This document shows positions 16,795 to 27,126 of a stretch of 44,256 nucleotides of DNA, in pieces. The stretch is from a virus. The DNA is taken from IMG/VR virus record IMGVR_UViG_3300028781_000008, one strand, 5' to 3'. The translations under genes and the position numbers were made by a program. Every line of letters starts with the position of its first letter. Position 1 is the first letter of the stretch. The notes beneath the pieces are model-generated. The model saw only the letters and a list, made by a program, of their open reading frames with translations, ran no database searches and was not told the origin of the DNA.

Positions 16795-17289
16795 ATGAAC
16801 CAATTCAATAATCATCTCCATTACGATCAGTCTGGATTAGATCTTACAGAGCATTCGGAATCTGATGGATCTCCTAGACTTAAAGCATTCTGGGATCCTA
16901 CTGGACATCTTTGGACTTGTGGCTATGGACACACTCGTGGCGTTAATGCAAATACTGCATGTACTCCTGAATTAGCTCAGCAATGGCTTCTATCAGATGT
17001 AGCTGAAGCTGTATTTGCAGTGAAGTATTATGTAGATGTAGAACTTACCCAAGAAGAATTTGACGCACTTGTAGATCTTTGTTTCAATATTGGATCTGGA
17101 AATTTCCAGAGATCCACATTGTTAGATCTTCTGAATAAAAAAGATTATATCGGCGCCCAACAAGAGTTTGCTTCATGGGATCGCTCTGGGGGACAAGTTT
17201 TACCAGGACTTAAATCTAGGAGAGCCGCCGAAGCAATACTATTTCTTCTAGGTACTGATTTCACTCAACAGAAATCAGCAAATCCCTAA
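16795..17289 (+). CDS. GH24 (T4-type) lysozyme
   Basis: Glu-Asp-Thr arrangement LTEHSESDG...KAFWDPTGHLWTCGYGHT, plus LCFNIGSGNFQRSTLL and GLKSRRAAE. These are typical of phage lysozyme family 24. Confidence 0.85.
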   Translation: MNQFNNHLHYDQSGLDLTEHSESDGSPRLKAFWDPTGHLWTCGYGHTRGVNANTACTPELAQQWLLSDVAEAVFAVKYYVDVELTQEEFDALVDLCFNIGSGNFQRSTLLDLLNKKDYIGAQQEFASWDRSGGQVLPGLKSRRAAEAILFLLGTDFTQQKSANP

Positions 17290-17338
17290 TGCTGTATCTT
17301 AGTTTAACAGCTTAAACTTCAGTGAATCAGGAGGTACT

Positions 17339-17608
17339 ATGCCAGTAGATGATAAAGATTTCTACCATATGCAGGCACATATGCATTTCCAAGATGAGAA
17401 ATTGCTTAAAATGAAAGAAGAATTTAAAGAAGATACACAAGAGATTAAAACAGATATTAAAGAAATGAAACAACAGCTTGCAGAATTGATAAATCATATG
17501 AACCAAAATAAAGGTTCACATCGTACGTCGATTTTCTATGCTGGACTCTTCGGTGCAATCTTGGCTGGTATTAGTGAATATATACTTTATTATGTTCTTC
17601 AAAAATAA
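17339..17608 (+). CDS. Coiled-coil protein with C-terminal TM helix (89 aa), possible lysis accessory protein
   Basis: Strong SD AGGAGG. Charged helical N-terminal part and hydrophobic tail IFYAGLFGAILAGISEYILYYVL. Adjacent to the lysozyme gene. Confidence 0.55.
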   Translation: MPVDDKDFYHMQAHMHFQDEKLLKMKEEFKEDTQEIKTDIKEMKQQLAELINHMNQNKGSHRTSIFYAGLFGAILAGISEYILYYVLQK

Positions 17609-17633
17609 ATACAAATCTATACAGAGGCGCCCT

Positions 17634-18026
17634 ATGAAAGATACCAATTCTCAAACAATGAGAAATATAATTGAAGGTATTGTAGCTATTGCTGTAATCG
17701 GTGCCTGTGCAGCTGGTGAAGGATTGCTACTTTTCAGGGGCGCCCCGGCAGGAATTGATGGAGTTGTTCTAGGTAAGATCCTCGGAACACTAGATGCAGC
17801 AGCTATGATTGTATTACAATATTACTTTGGATCTACTCGTTCCTCTATGCAACAGGTGGATGCAATCACAGCTATTGGTCAAGCAGCAGCAAATACTCCT
17901 ATCCATATTACTATGCCTGATGGATCAACTACTCAGACATCAGTTGCTCAGGAACAGGCTAGACAAACACAGCCGACTGTGGAATCACAATTAGATCCAC
18001 AATCAGATAATGCTTCTCACATGTAA
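17634..18026 (+). CDS. Two-TM membrane protein, holin-like (130 aa)
   Basis: I use the ATG at 17634 (MKDTNSQ...) rather than the track start at 17538, which overlaps the previous gene. TM segments: IIEGIVAIAVIGACAAGEGLLLF and VVLGKILGTLDAAAMIVLQYYF. Confidence 0.5.
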   Translation: MKDTNSQTMRNIIEGIVAIAVIGACAAGEGLLLFRGAPAGIDGVVLGKILGTLDAAAMIVLQYYFGSTRSSMQQVDAITAIGQAAANTPIHITMPDGSTTQTSVAQEQARQTQPTVESQLDPQSDNASHM

Positions 18027-18038
18027 TGGGGAACTCAA

Positions 18039-19274
18039 ATGGCAATCGCTGCAGATAACTCACTAGGAAATTTGGGTTCTATCCTCCAATCAATTCCTGG
18101 TTTGGCAGAATCAGTTAATGGTTCTACCACTACAACGAATTCTAGTATCTCACCTCAAGGTCTCCAGTATCTACTTACGCAGCTGCTTTCCTCTAATCAA
18201 GGACTTGCAGCAGTTTCTGGTGGACAGAATACAGCTGGTATGTATAATTCCACCGTACAATCTCAGATGGTGAACCAACTTCTAACTAATGAAGCGGGCG
18301 AAGTAGCTAGTAAGGATGCAACAACAGTAGCTACTAAGGCGCCTACATTAAATCTTGGTCAAGTTCTACTCCAAGGAGCAGCAGGTCTTATCGGTACTAA
18401 AGTACTAACTAAAGGTGTAGACTCTCTTGGTAACTCTCTCGGTTCTACTTTAGGTATTGGAACTGGAGAAACTACTGCAGGTGGAGATGCAGCTGCAGGA
18501 TCTTTGTTATCTTCGACTACTGGATCTGGAGCTGGTGCATTTACTGGAGCTGGATCAACAGCAGGTATGACTGGAGCTGTAGCAAATGCTACAACTGCTG
18601 GGGCAGCGGCTAGTGATGCTGGTGCAGCAGGAGCAGGAGTTGCAGGTGGATTAGATTCTGCAGTTGGTGCAACTGGTGCAGGAGCTATTGGATCTGCTCT
18701 TGGCTCAACATTAGGAATTACTGGAGCAGCTACAGCAGCCTCTACTGCTGGTGGACTTGCAGCAGGAGGTGCTACTCTTGGTGGATTAGGAGGTGCAATT
18801 GGAGGCGATGTTGCAGCCTCTACAGCTGGAATTGCTGCGGCAGAAGGAGTTGGTGATGCCGCCGCTGGAGCAGGAGCTAGTGAAGGTATCGGTGATGCAA
18901 TTATGGCAGGTATTGCAGCATGGGTAGTTTGCACTGAATTGGAATCTACTGGTGAGATGAGTCATGAAACATACTCTAATGCTGCTCCTGATTTTGTTCA
19001 GCGTATGCGACTCAAACCTAGTGCTGTTCGTGGTTACCATTATTGGGCTGTTCCTTATACACGACTTATGCGCAGACGAGATATTATCGGCCGCATTGCA
19101 AGAACTGTTATGAAACCCATTGCTAATGGTAGAGCAGAAATGATTAATGGTAGACCTAATTTCTTTGGGTATCTTACTTTTCTTGTGATCGAACCTATTT
19201 GCTCTATACTTGGAAATACAGTAGCAAGGAAGCCGCAAGATTGGAAGTCACTGTATTCTAAGAGTGGAGAATAA
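18039..19274 (+). CDS. Internal virion or ejection protein with a long Gly/Ala/Thr/Ser low-complexity core (411 aa)
   Basis: First of three consecutive large ORFs in the position of T7 gp14-16. About 170 aa of GA(T/S) low complexity is followed by a distinct basic C-terminal domain. Confidence 0.6.
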   Translation: MAIAADNSLGNLGSILQSIPGLAESVNGSTTTTNSSISPQGLQYLLTQLLSSNQGLAAVSGGQNTAGMYNSTVQSQMVNQLLTNEAGEVASKDATTVATKAPTLNLGQVLLQGAAGLIGTKVLTKGVDSLGNSLGSTLGIGTGETTAGGDAAAGSLLSSTTGSGAGAFTGAGSTAGMTGAVANATTAGAAASDAGAAGAGVAGGLDSAVGATGAGAIGSALGSTLGITGAATAASTAGGLAAGGATLGGLGGAIGGDVAASTAGIAAAEGVGDAAAGAGASEGIGDAIMAGIAAWVVCTELESTGEMSHETYSNAAPDFVQRMRLKPSAVRGYHYWAVPYTRLMRRRDIIGRIARTVMKPIANGRAEMINGRPNFFGYLTFLVIEPICSILGNTVARKPQDWKSLYSKSGE

Positions 19275-19276
19275 CC

Positions 19277-21139
19277 ATGGCTGGTCCACTACCTGATGAC
19301 AGTTCAGTGTTAGCAGCTCTCGGTGTTGGTTCACCTGGAGTTCCTCCTTTGCCCCCAGGATTGCCAGGCAGTGGTATGGATCCCAATGGAACTCCTAGTA
19401 ATCAACCTGCACAATCTATTCCAGTTTCTAAAGTAAATCCATCTGGACTAGATCTCTCACAAATTATTGGAAATCAACAAGCTAGTCTTGTGAATGCACA
19501 AACTCAGATGGCTTCTGATTTTAGCCAGATTAATACAATTTCCAATGCAGTAACTAAGGCAACTCAAGCTAGTGGTGCAGATGATATCGCCACCACTTCT
19601 CAACAAGCTTCAGGACTTCTTGCTGCTCAGAGTGCGGCGAGAGGAGTTGCATCCTCTTATGGGGGCAATCCAGATGATGTATCTTTCATCATGAATAAAC
19701 TGGGGGCTCAGTGGATGGATACTGAATCTCAACGATTGGCAGCTGAAAAAGTTGTACAACAGAAACAATCAGTATCTTTTATGGATGACCCACTTACCTG
19801 GCTCTCCAATAAAATGTCTATTAATACCGACATCAATAATTATAATAATTTAGAAGAACAATCCAACGAAATTTATGATCAACTAAATAAGATCAATGAT
19901 CTGAATACTTCAACTGCCCAGTCTATGCGCGCAATTGCTAAGACTCAGACTGCGGCAACAGTTGCTGCTACTACAGATGCCGCAGCTCAGAAAGCTAATA
20001 TCGCGAATGCAAATGCTCAGTTACAGGGTATTCTTTACAATGTAAAAGGCATTGACGCAGTAACTCAGATGGGACAAGACCAAGTAGATAATTCTGTTAA
20101 AGGCGCACAGACTGCAATTGCTGCGGGGCATTTGGCAGTTGCACAACAACAGCTTACTATTATGTCTCAAGAGCAAACCGAGAAAGCTGGACTGTATGCC
20201 CAGGAAATTAAAGATAAACAGGCAGCCGATGCTAGTGACCAGTTGGTAGCAGATACAACTAATAGAGGCCGCGCTGCAATGGGACTTCAGCCTTTGCCCG
20301 CTGCTAAAATCTTTACTATGTTCAAACTTGGTGGAGAGGCGGGAGATGCATTGAAGAGTCAGTACTCAGTTGGAGCTACCAGCGATGCCGTAGGTAAACC
20401 AATAATTGCCCCTTCAGCTGGTACTGCTGCCCGCGTTCTAGCAATGAATGCATCGCCGATTTCAGTTGTTAACCCGGCAGTTAAACCAGTTACTGATCTA
20501 CTGCAATCATCTTATAATACAGCACGCAATCCATCCAATGCTCAAATGATGGGCATTAATCCTAGAGATGTTTCCACAGTGGACTCCGCAGTCTCCGGGC
20601 TAGTTAATAACTCTCTTCTACAAATGGGGGCTAATATTAAAGCCGGTGATTCAAGCAATATATATCAGGCGCCGCCTCTCACCAGTCTCGCCTCTCTTGC
20701 ATCAGTTAAATCTAACCCACTTTATAACTCTGTACTCGCGCCTCAAGTAAAAGCTGGCATGTCTGAAACTGATCCTGTTAAAATTATGGAACTTACGGTG
20801 TCTGCAATTGACCAAGGTCAAATTTCACTAAAAGACGCAGTGAACGGATACTCATCACTTTTCACTTCTGCAGTTGCAGTAAACAATGCTACTAAAGATT
20901 TTACTCGTTTTGGTATTGCACCCCAGTCTGGGTATACAACTGAGGTGAATCATCTAGGTGTGTTTGGTGGATCAGTCAAAGTTGATCTTACAAACAAAGC
21001 ACAAGTATCAACTATGTTTATGAAGTATATGTCCAGTTCGGCAGGTCTCGATCAGTCACAAGGATATAGTCCTGAGGGAACTGTGATGGATGCATTGACT
21101 GGTGCAAGTAAAATATATACACCGACAGGAGCTAAGTGA
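19277..21139 (+). CDS. Internal virion or ejection protein (620 aa)
   Basis: SD GGAGAA. Ala/Gln/Ser-rich helical protein. Assigned by synteny with podovirus core proteins. Confidence 0.65.
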   Translation: MAGPLPDDSSVLAALGVGSPGVPPLPPGLPGSGMDPNGTPSNQPAQSIPVSKVNPSGLDLSQIIGNQQASLVNAQTQMASDFSQINTISNAVTKATQASGADDIATTSQQASGLLAAQSAARGVASSYGGNPDDVSFIMNKLGAQWMDTESQRLAAEKVVQQKQSVSFMDDPLTWLSNKMSINTDINNYNNLEEQSNEIYDQLNKINDLNTSTAQSMRAIAKTQTAATVAATTDAAAQKANIANANAQLQGILYNVKGIDAVTQMGQDQVDNSVKGAQTAIAAGHLAVAQQQLTIMSQEQTEKAGLYAQEIKDKQAADASDQLVADTTNRGRAAMGLQPLPAAKIFTMFKLGGEAGDALKSQYSVGATSDAVGKPIIAPSAGTAARVLAMNASPISVVNPAVKPVTDLLQSSYNTARNPSNAQMMGINPRDVSTVDSAVSGLVNNSLLQMGANIKAGDSSNIYQAPPLTSLASLASVKSNPLYNSVLAPQVKAGMSETDPVKIMELTVSAIDQGQISLKDAVNGYSSLFTSAVAVNNATKDFTRFGIAPQSGYTTEVNHLGVFGGSVKVDLTNKAQVSTMFMKYMSSSAGLDQSQGYSPEGTVMDALTGASKIYTPTGAK

Positions 21140-24100
21140 TGGGACTATTAGATAACAATACTGGATCCCAGACTAGCGGTTTAGATATGGGATCTGGTAA
21201 TGGTACTGAATCTTCTGGTGAATCCTCCCAGTCAGACTATACTGCAGCTCCTAGTTACCAAGTTGGAGCTGATGCCCATAATTATGGAAATAACAATTTC
21301 GCAATTACTGATCCATCTACTTGGGGTCAAGCTCCTGCAGATATTACTAAATTTGTAGTTGGCAGTGCAGTCTCTGGACTGACTTCTATTTATAACTCTG
21401 GTGTAACAGTTGGAAATTGGTTGGGTGCCGATGCAGAGAAAGCAGATACAAATGAGGTTATGTCATCTATAGATGATGATCTGGGACAATACTACCAACA
21501 ACATAAGACTGGTGAAGATCTTCTTGGGTTCATAGCGACCTCTCTTATTCCTGGGTCTTTCGGAGTAAAAGTATTTAATGCTGGCCAGAAAGTACTTGGG
21601 GGAGTGGAACTTGCAGGAATGGGAGGAAATCTAGCTAGAGCTACGGGACTTCTCCCAGATGCAGCTGAAATGTTTGCACGTAGTGCGGCCTCTGACATTG
21701 CGGCCTCTGGAGCAGAAATCAGTTCTGTTAATGGAAATGCAATTAAAGCCTTAGCTTCTGGTATTGGTCAGAACTTTCTAGAGGGCGCCGCTTTCACTAC
21801 TGCTGTACAAGCTACCATGTTTCAATCCCCTATTCTATCAGATCAAGATGGTTGGGATATTGCAAAGAATATTCTAACTGGGGGTCTCTTACAAGGAGTT
21901 ATTGGTGGGGCATTCACAGCAGCTAAAGTACTAGGAATTGCTAAACGTGGTATTACTGCTGCAGATGAAGTACTCTCTCCATCAACTTTCATCAATGAAC
22001 TCCCATCAACTGCTAGTGCTTCTGACCGTATTGTTGGTAGACTGGATGATTTAGCCCAAACTCCCCAAATAAATTCTCTGGATGATTTCACCAAATATAT
22101 GAATGCGGTCAATCCAAATTCAGTAGATTTGGATGCACAAGCACTTTATAATCGTTTCCAGTCAAATGTAGAAAATAGATCAACGCGACTCACACAACTT
22201 ATTCAACAAGATACACATGAATTAACTGGAGGTGACGCAGATCTTAGTGAGCTGACAACTCATATGCTTACTGGTACAGACCCAGTACAAGCATCTGGAA
22301 ATATGGAACAGATGTTAGAAATGGGCCGGCTGAATACACCACTGAAAACTGAGCAACAAATTCTAGCCAGAGCTGCAGGTAAGGGATTTCTGGAGCCAAT
22401 AGATGAATCAGAATCTGCTGGACCTACCGCAGCTGGAAATAAGTCAATTCAGTATGTCAAACTCTTTGGTGAAGATGCAGGTACGCAAGTTGCATCGCGT
22501 CCAACGTCAGAACTTACTTCGCTTGCGGATCGTTTTGATGATGTCCAAGGTAAAGTACAATCCTATAGATTTGGACCGATTGCTAATTTTGGCAAAATCG
22601 CTGGGACAGATTTAGATCAAACTGAAGCTAGATATATTTGGGCAAAAGATCAACAGATTCAACCTGGACAACAGATAGATGGATCTGATATTCCAATGCT
22701 GGAACAAGCATATTTGCAGAAAACTCCTGTAGTAGTTAAGGAGGCCGATGGTAGTTCTTCGACTGTGCAGACTCCATCTGATATGCTGCAGCGATTGAAA
22801 GAAATTAAGATGTCAACTGCACAAAATCTATTGGCAGCTGGAAAAAATACTGACTGGATTTCAAAAGCAACTAATGTATCTCGCGATTCTCTAGAACATA
22901 CAGCTTCTGTAGATCCTGTGCAAGATTTGCTTGCACGTCAAACTGTAGCTCAAAAATATACACAGGATCTAATTCAACGCAAACTTTGGTCTAGTGCAAA
23001 AGGTGTTTACGACTTAGATACTAAACCCTCCTGGGCTAAAGTAGCTTACAACACAAAGGCATACCAAGATGCTAATGGAAATATCGTTAGTGGTATGGGC
23101 CGTATTGCGGCTATGCAAAAAGTTGCACAGACATCTTTCGATAATGTATTTGCGAAAGGTGTGGGCGACTCATCCATACTTGATAGATTTATCTCCATAC
23201 CAAAACAAACACTTCTTAAAGCCAATAGATTTGGTAGCGGTCCTGGCTTTTTCCGTTTCTCTAATGGCACATACGGATCTTTGGCCTCGCTTACTGAGAA
23301 TATTGGGAAAGCTACATCAGATCTTCAGCGGCTTCTGAAGGAGAATGTAGGAACTAGAATGGATGGACCGCTGTATGCACTGGGCGCAAAGCCACAAGCA
23401 GCTATTGAATTCTCCGCTCTCAATGCAGAAATGTCTCAGACCACTGAAAAGTATGTATTGGGGGAAGATGCTAATGGAAGCCCGCAGCTAATAGCTCGTA
23501 GCTGGAAACGATATCAAGATGCAATCGCAACCGGTAAAGATGCAGAAGCTCCACAATTACAGCCTGGCGCTCGAGTACAAATTCCAATTGGTAATGCAGA
23601 GACAGCAGATGCAATTCGCGCACACATTGAAACTAACGGTGATCGACTTTCTACAATGAAAGAAATTAGAGCTGCCCAAGGATTGGAAGATTCTAAGGAC
23701 GCCGATACATTCTATCCACTGAAACCAAATCCTAAAGACTACCCACACTTCGCATTTGTAACTGACCCTACAGTAACTGGTGCGGGTCACATTAAAATGA
23801 TCCATGCGCAGTCTGCCTCAGATTTGGACGGATTGATTCAGAAAGTTCCTGATCCATATCGAGTAATTACTAAGGCGCAGTCTGAAGAGTTTCACAAAAC
23901 AATCGATGACTATCAATGGGACCGTACATTGCATGAGAATTATATTGATTCAGAGATTCAAAGTAAAGGTATTAATTCTCAGTTCTTTCCACAAACTGAT
24001 CCAGTTAAGATTGTACAAGACTTAAAAGATTTCCATTTACGAGGCAGTGATGTATTGGCTCGCGAACTAGTTAATATGAAATACCAAACTGAGTTCTCAG

Positions 24101-26112
24101 AACTTCGGAGGCTAAGTGAACAGTGGAACATTACGAATGCATCGCATTATGGTTCAAAGTTACCACTTGCGGAAGATGCACCGGCGAATCCGTACACAGG
24201 CTATGTTAAATCTGCACTCAATATTAGTCGCGTATCTGAACACCCGCTCTGGCAAGGTTTGAATGATAAGCTAGATGGAGCAGTTAGTACTGCGTGGAAT
24301 ACTATTTCCAATGTATTTAATGCAGCTAAGAGTCCAGAAGATCTAGACGCAGTGAATTCAGCACTACAATCTTATGGGTTGAAATCTGCATATCAAGATG
24401 CAGCTACTTACGCGCTAGCTAATAAATCTCCGAATTCAGGAGTTCTTCGCAATTTCATTGGCCGTGCGAATTCACTACTAGCCACTCTTACACTACGTTT
24501 AGATCCTCTCAATTCTGTAAACTATGCAATTGGTCACCAAGTTCTGAATGGAACTGAAATGACTTCGCTTCTCCGAGCTATTAGATCTGGAAATGGAGAT
24601 GTAGCTGGCGATCTAGCTAAATTGCAGAATGTCAAACTTCCTCAGATTCAAGACTTTATTCGATCTCCAAGTAAGTTGATCGGTAATGCAATTAAAAATT
24701 TCGTAGATGAAGCTGGAGCAAATAAAGCAAGTGGTAAAATCCTGTCAGATTTTTATCGTGAAAATGGCTGGATTAAAGATGGGCCCGCTCCATTTAGATC
24801 ACTTTTAGATGATCTAACAATTAATGGAACTGAAACTCACCAAATTCTTAGCCAGAAACTACAATCCGCATTTGGAAAAGCTAAAGATTTAGCAGAGGTT
24901 GGCGCAAAATATTCTGGTTCAAAACTCTCAGAACAGTTCCAAGGTTTTCTAGCTGCAGATGTAATGAGACAGATCACAGATATTGGTCAGCAAGGTGGAG
25001 TCATAAATGCAGAACAAGCCCGTGCGTACATTAACACTTTTGTCAATCGCGTCCGTGGAAATATGCTTGCTTCTCAAAGACCTATTATGTTCCAAGGGCC
25101 GATCGGACAAGCAATTGGTCTCTTTCAAACCTATCAATTTAATATCCTCCAGCAATTGCTACGTCATGTCGCCGAAGGTAGTGGAAAGGATGTTGCTACA
25201 CTCCTTGGTTTGCAAGGAACAATCTATGGAATGCAATCGTTGCCTGCGTTTAATTTCATCAATCAACACATCGTTGGAACTGCCAGCGGCAACCCGATGC
25301 ACCGGGATTTGTATGATGCCACGTACGGAATTCTTGGAAAGACAGCGGGAGATTTTCTTATGTACGGACTCCCGTCAAATCTCCTACGAACAAACTTGTA
25401 TAGTCGCGGAGATTTGAATCCTAGAAATATGACAGTAATCCCTACGTCACTTTCTGATGTTCCTATCGTAAACTCCTGGGGTAGATTCTTTGGAAATCTA
25501 AAAGATACAGCTAGTAAGATTGCACAGGGAGGAAATGTATGGGAATCATTACTGAGTGGACTAGAGCACAATGCAATCTCTCGACCACTGGCAGGATTAG
25601 CTCAGACATTGCAAGCTACTACTGGGAACGGTGTTGCCTATTCTACATCAGCTAAAGGAAATATTCTAGGAGCTAATGATTTGATGAGCATTGCAACACT
25701 GGCGCGGCTCTCAGGAGGTAGACCATTAGATGAAGCTATTACTAATGATGCCACTTATAGAGTAGCTGCTTATCAAGCCGCAGATGTCGATGCTCAGAAC
25801 CAACTTGGTGAATCGTTGAAAACTACACTTCGCGCCGGTGAGCAACCAACTCTAGATCAAGTAAATAATTTCTCACATGAATATACAGCTAATGGTGGTA
25901 ACCAACGTAATTTTAGCAAGTGGATGTTTAGTGCAATGAAGCAAGCTAATGTCTCTCAGGGAAATCGATTGGCAATGAATCTTAATGGAAAGTATTCTCA
26001 ATCGATGCAAACTATTATGGGCGGCGGTTACGCACTAGATGGTTCTAGAGTTGATCCAGTTTCAGGTATGTCGTACTCATCAGAAAATCCTTCTATCGGA
26101 GCACAGCAATGA
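21139..26112 (+). CDS. Giant internal virion or DNA-ejection protein (1657 aa)
   Basis: The ATG at 21139 overlaps the upstream TGA (TGATG), with AGGAG upstream. Size and position correspond to gp16-like core proteins. I saw no lytic transglycosylase motif. Confidence 0.75.
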   Translation: MGLLDNNTGSQTSGLDMGSGNGTESSGESSQSDYTAAPSYQVGADAHNYGNNNFAITDPSTWGQAPADITKFVVGSAVSGLTSIYNSGVTVGNWLGADAEKADTNEVMSSIDDDLGQYYQQHKTGEDLLGFIATSLIPGSFGVKVFNAGQKVLGGVELAGMGGNLARATGLLPDAAEMFARSAASDIAASGAEISSVNGNAIKALASGIGQNFLEGAAFTTAVQATMFQSPILSDQDGWDIAKNILTGGLLQGVIGGAFTAAKVLGIAKRGITAADEVLSPSTFINELPSTASASDRIVGRLDDLAQTPQINSLDDFTKYMNAVNPNSVDLDAQALYNRFQSNVENRSTRLTQLIQQDTHELTGGDADLSELTTHMLTGTDPVQASGNMEQMLEMGRLNTPLKTEQQILARAAGKGFLEPIDESESAGPTAAGNKSIQYVKLFGEDAGTQVASRPTSELTSLADRFDDVQGKVQSYRFGPIANFGKIAGTDLDQTEARYIWAKDQQIQPGQQIDGSDIPMLEQAYLQKTPVVVKEADGSSSTVQTPSDMLQRLKEIKMSTAQNLLAAGKNTDWISKATNVSRDSLEHTASVDPVQDLLARQTVAQKYTQDLIQRKLWSSAKGVYDLDTKPSWAKVAYNTKAYQDANGNIVSGMGRIAAMQKVAQTSFDNVFAKGVGDSSILDRFISIPKQTLLKANRFGSGPGFFRFSNGTYGSLASLTENIGKATSDLQRLLKENVGTRMDGPLYALGAKPQAAIEFSALNAEMSQTTEKYVLGEDANGSPQLIARSWKRYQDAIATGKDAEAPQLQPGARVQIPIGNAETADAIRAHIETNGDRLSTMKEIRAAQGLEDSKDADTFYPLKPNPKDYPHFAFVTDPTVTGAGHIKMIHAQSASDLDGLIQKVPDPYRVITKAQSEEFHKTIDDYQWDRTLHENYIDSEIQSKGINSQFFPQTDPVKIVQDLKDFHLRGSDVLARELVNMKYQTEFSELRRLSEQWNITNASHYGSKLPLAEDAPANPYTGYVKSALNISRVSEHPLWQGLNDKLDGAVSTAWNTISNVFNAAKSPEDLDAVNSALQSYGLKSAYQDAATYALANKSPNSGVLRNFIGRANSLLATLTLRLDPLNSVNYAIGHQVLNGTEMTSLLRAIRSGNGDVAGDLAKLQNVKLPQIQDFIRSPSKLIGNAIKNFVDEAGANKASGKILSDFYRENGWIKDGPAPFRSLLDDLTINGTETHQILSQKLQSAFGKAKDLAEVGAKYSGSKLSEQFQGFLAADVMRQITDIGQQGGVINAEQARAYINTFVNRVRGNMLASQRPIMFQGPIGQAIGLFQTYQFNILQQLLRHVAEGSGKDVATLLGLQGTIYGMQSLPAFNFINQHIVGTASGNPMHRDLYDATYGILGKTAGDFLMYGLPSNLLRTNLYSRGDLNPRNMTVIPTSLSDVPIVNSWGRFFGNLKDTASKIAQGGNVWESLLSGLEHNAISRPLAGLAQTLQATTGNGVAYSTSAKGNILGANDLMSIATLARLSGGRPLDEAITNDATYRVAAYQAADVDAQNQLGESLKTTLRAGEQPTLDQVNNFSHEYTANGGNQRNFSKWMFSAMKQANVSQGNRLAMNLNGKYSQSMQTIMGGGYALDGSRVDPVSGMSYSSENPSIGAQQ

Positions 26113-26570
26113 AAGTATTTAAGAAATTACTTCTAATCACTGCGTTGCTGGCTACCAGTCAAGCTAAAGCAGTTGTCATTCAATGTGACCCAAATGATAC
26201 ATATTCTACTCCTGTAACTGGAGTTGCATTCTATCCCAATGTTGCTTGTTCCAGTTCTGGGGCGCTCTCAGTAACTTCTTCTGGGGGGGGAACTTCGGCG
26301 GCTCTCACAGATGGGTCTGGTACAATTACAGCTGGTGGTACATCACAACAAGTTTTTGCAGCCAATACAACTAGACAGTACTTGTTCATCCAGAATCTAT
26401 CAACTGGTAATCTATACATTAATTTTGGTAGTGCGGCCTCCGCAGTATCTGGCTCTATTCTACTCCTACCAAATTCATCTTTTGTGATGGAAGAAAATAC
26501 TGTAACAAATCAAACTGTGAATATCTTTGGGGCTACTACAGCTCAAGCATTTACAGCCAAACAGAAATAA
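26109..26570 (+). CDS. Signal-peptide protein (153 aa), Thr/Ser/Gly-rich beta protein
   Basis: N-terminus MKVFKKLLLITALLATSQAKA|VV. ATGA overlap with the upstream gene. Contains a G8 run at 26283-26290 (encoding SSGGGT). Confidence 0.7.
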   Translation: MKVFKKLLLITALLATSQAKAVVIQCDPNDTYSTPVTGVAFYPNVACSSSGALSVTSSGGGTSAALTDGSGTITAGGTSQQVFAANTTRQYLFIQNLSTGNLYINFGSAASAVSGSILLLPNSSFVMEENTVTNQTVNIFGATTAQAFTAKQK

Positions 26571-26581
26571 GGAGACATGAA

Positions 26582-27079
26582 ATGAAAAAACTATTTCTTG
26601 CTCTTCTCCTTGCAGGAATTGCAACTTCTTCACAGGCTGGACTTAATCAAGTTCCAGGTCCTGTGTACGGTGACCAAACTGGAACTGCTGCAGTGACTGG
26701 GTTTTTAGGGGAGCACGGAACTCTTACTGGATCTTCTACTGGACTAACTTCTGCTACTTACGCAGATTTAATTACTCAGTCTCTGAACCCAGGAGTTTGG
26801 AATGTACAGTGTTCAATATTCTTCGCGCCTGCTGGCACTACTACAGTCTCTGCACTTATCGCAGGTGTGAATAGTGTAGCTAATACTGATCCCAATACAC
26901 CGCAAACTACAACTCAATTGCAGGCAACTTTTACTGTAGGAGGGGGACAGTACATATCGTCGCCCCCTGTTTTAGTTAATGTGACTACTGCAACTGTATA
27001 TAGATGTGGAGGTCAAGCTAATTTTGGAGTGTCAACACTTAATGCAATTGGTACTATTACGTGGACAAGAGTTAAGTAG
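26582..27079 (+). CDS. Signal-peptide protein (165 aa)
   Basis: SD AAGGAGA. N-terminus MKKLFLALLLAGIATSSQA|GL. The mature part is Thr/Gly-rich. Confidence 0.7.
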   Translation: MKKLFLALLLAGIATSSQAGLNQVPGPVYGDQTGTAAVTGFLGEHGTLTGSSTGLTSATYADLITQSLNPGVWNVQCSIFFAPAGTTTVSALIAGVNSVANTDPNTPQTTTQLQATFTVGGGQYISSPPVLVNVTTATVYRCGGQANFGVSTLNAIGTITWTRVK

Positions 27080-27126
27080 GTCGTTGTATCTAACGTAGTT
27101 TTTCTTTTTTACAACTGGAGTCTATC

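Noticed and set aside
18359-18934. 191-aa Pro/Ala-rich ORF antisense to the 411-aa internal virion protein
   Set aside because: It is a mirror-image artefact of the Gly/Ala/Thr low-complexity coding tract (GGN/GCN read in reverse gives NCC/NGC). It has no start context and runs opposite to the whole operon.
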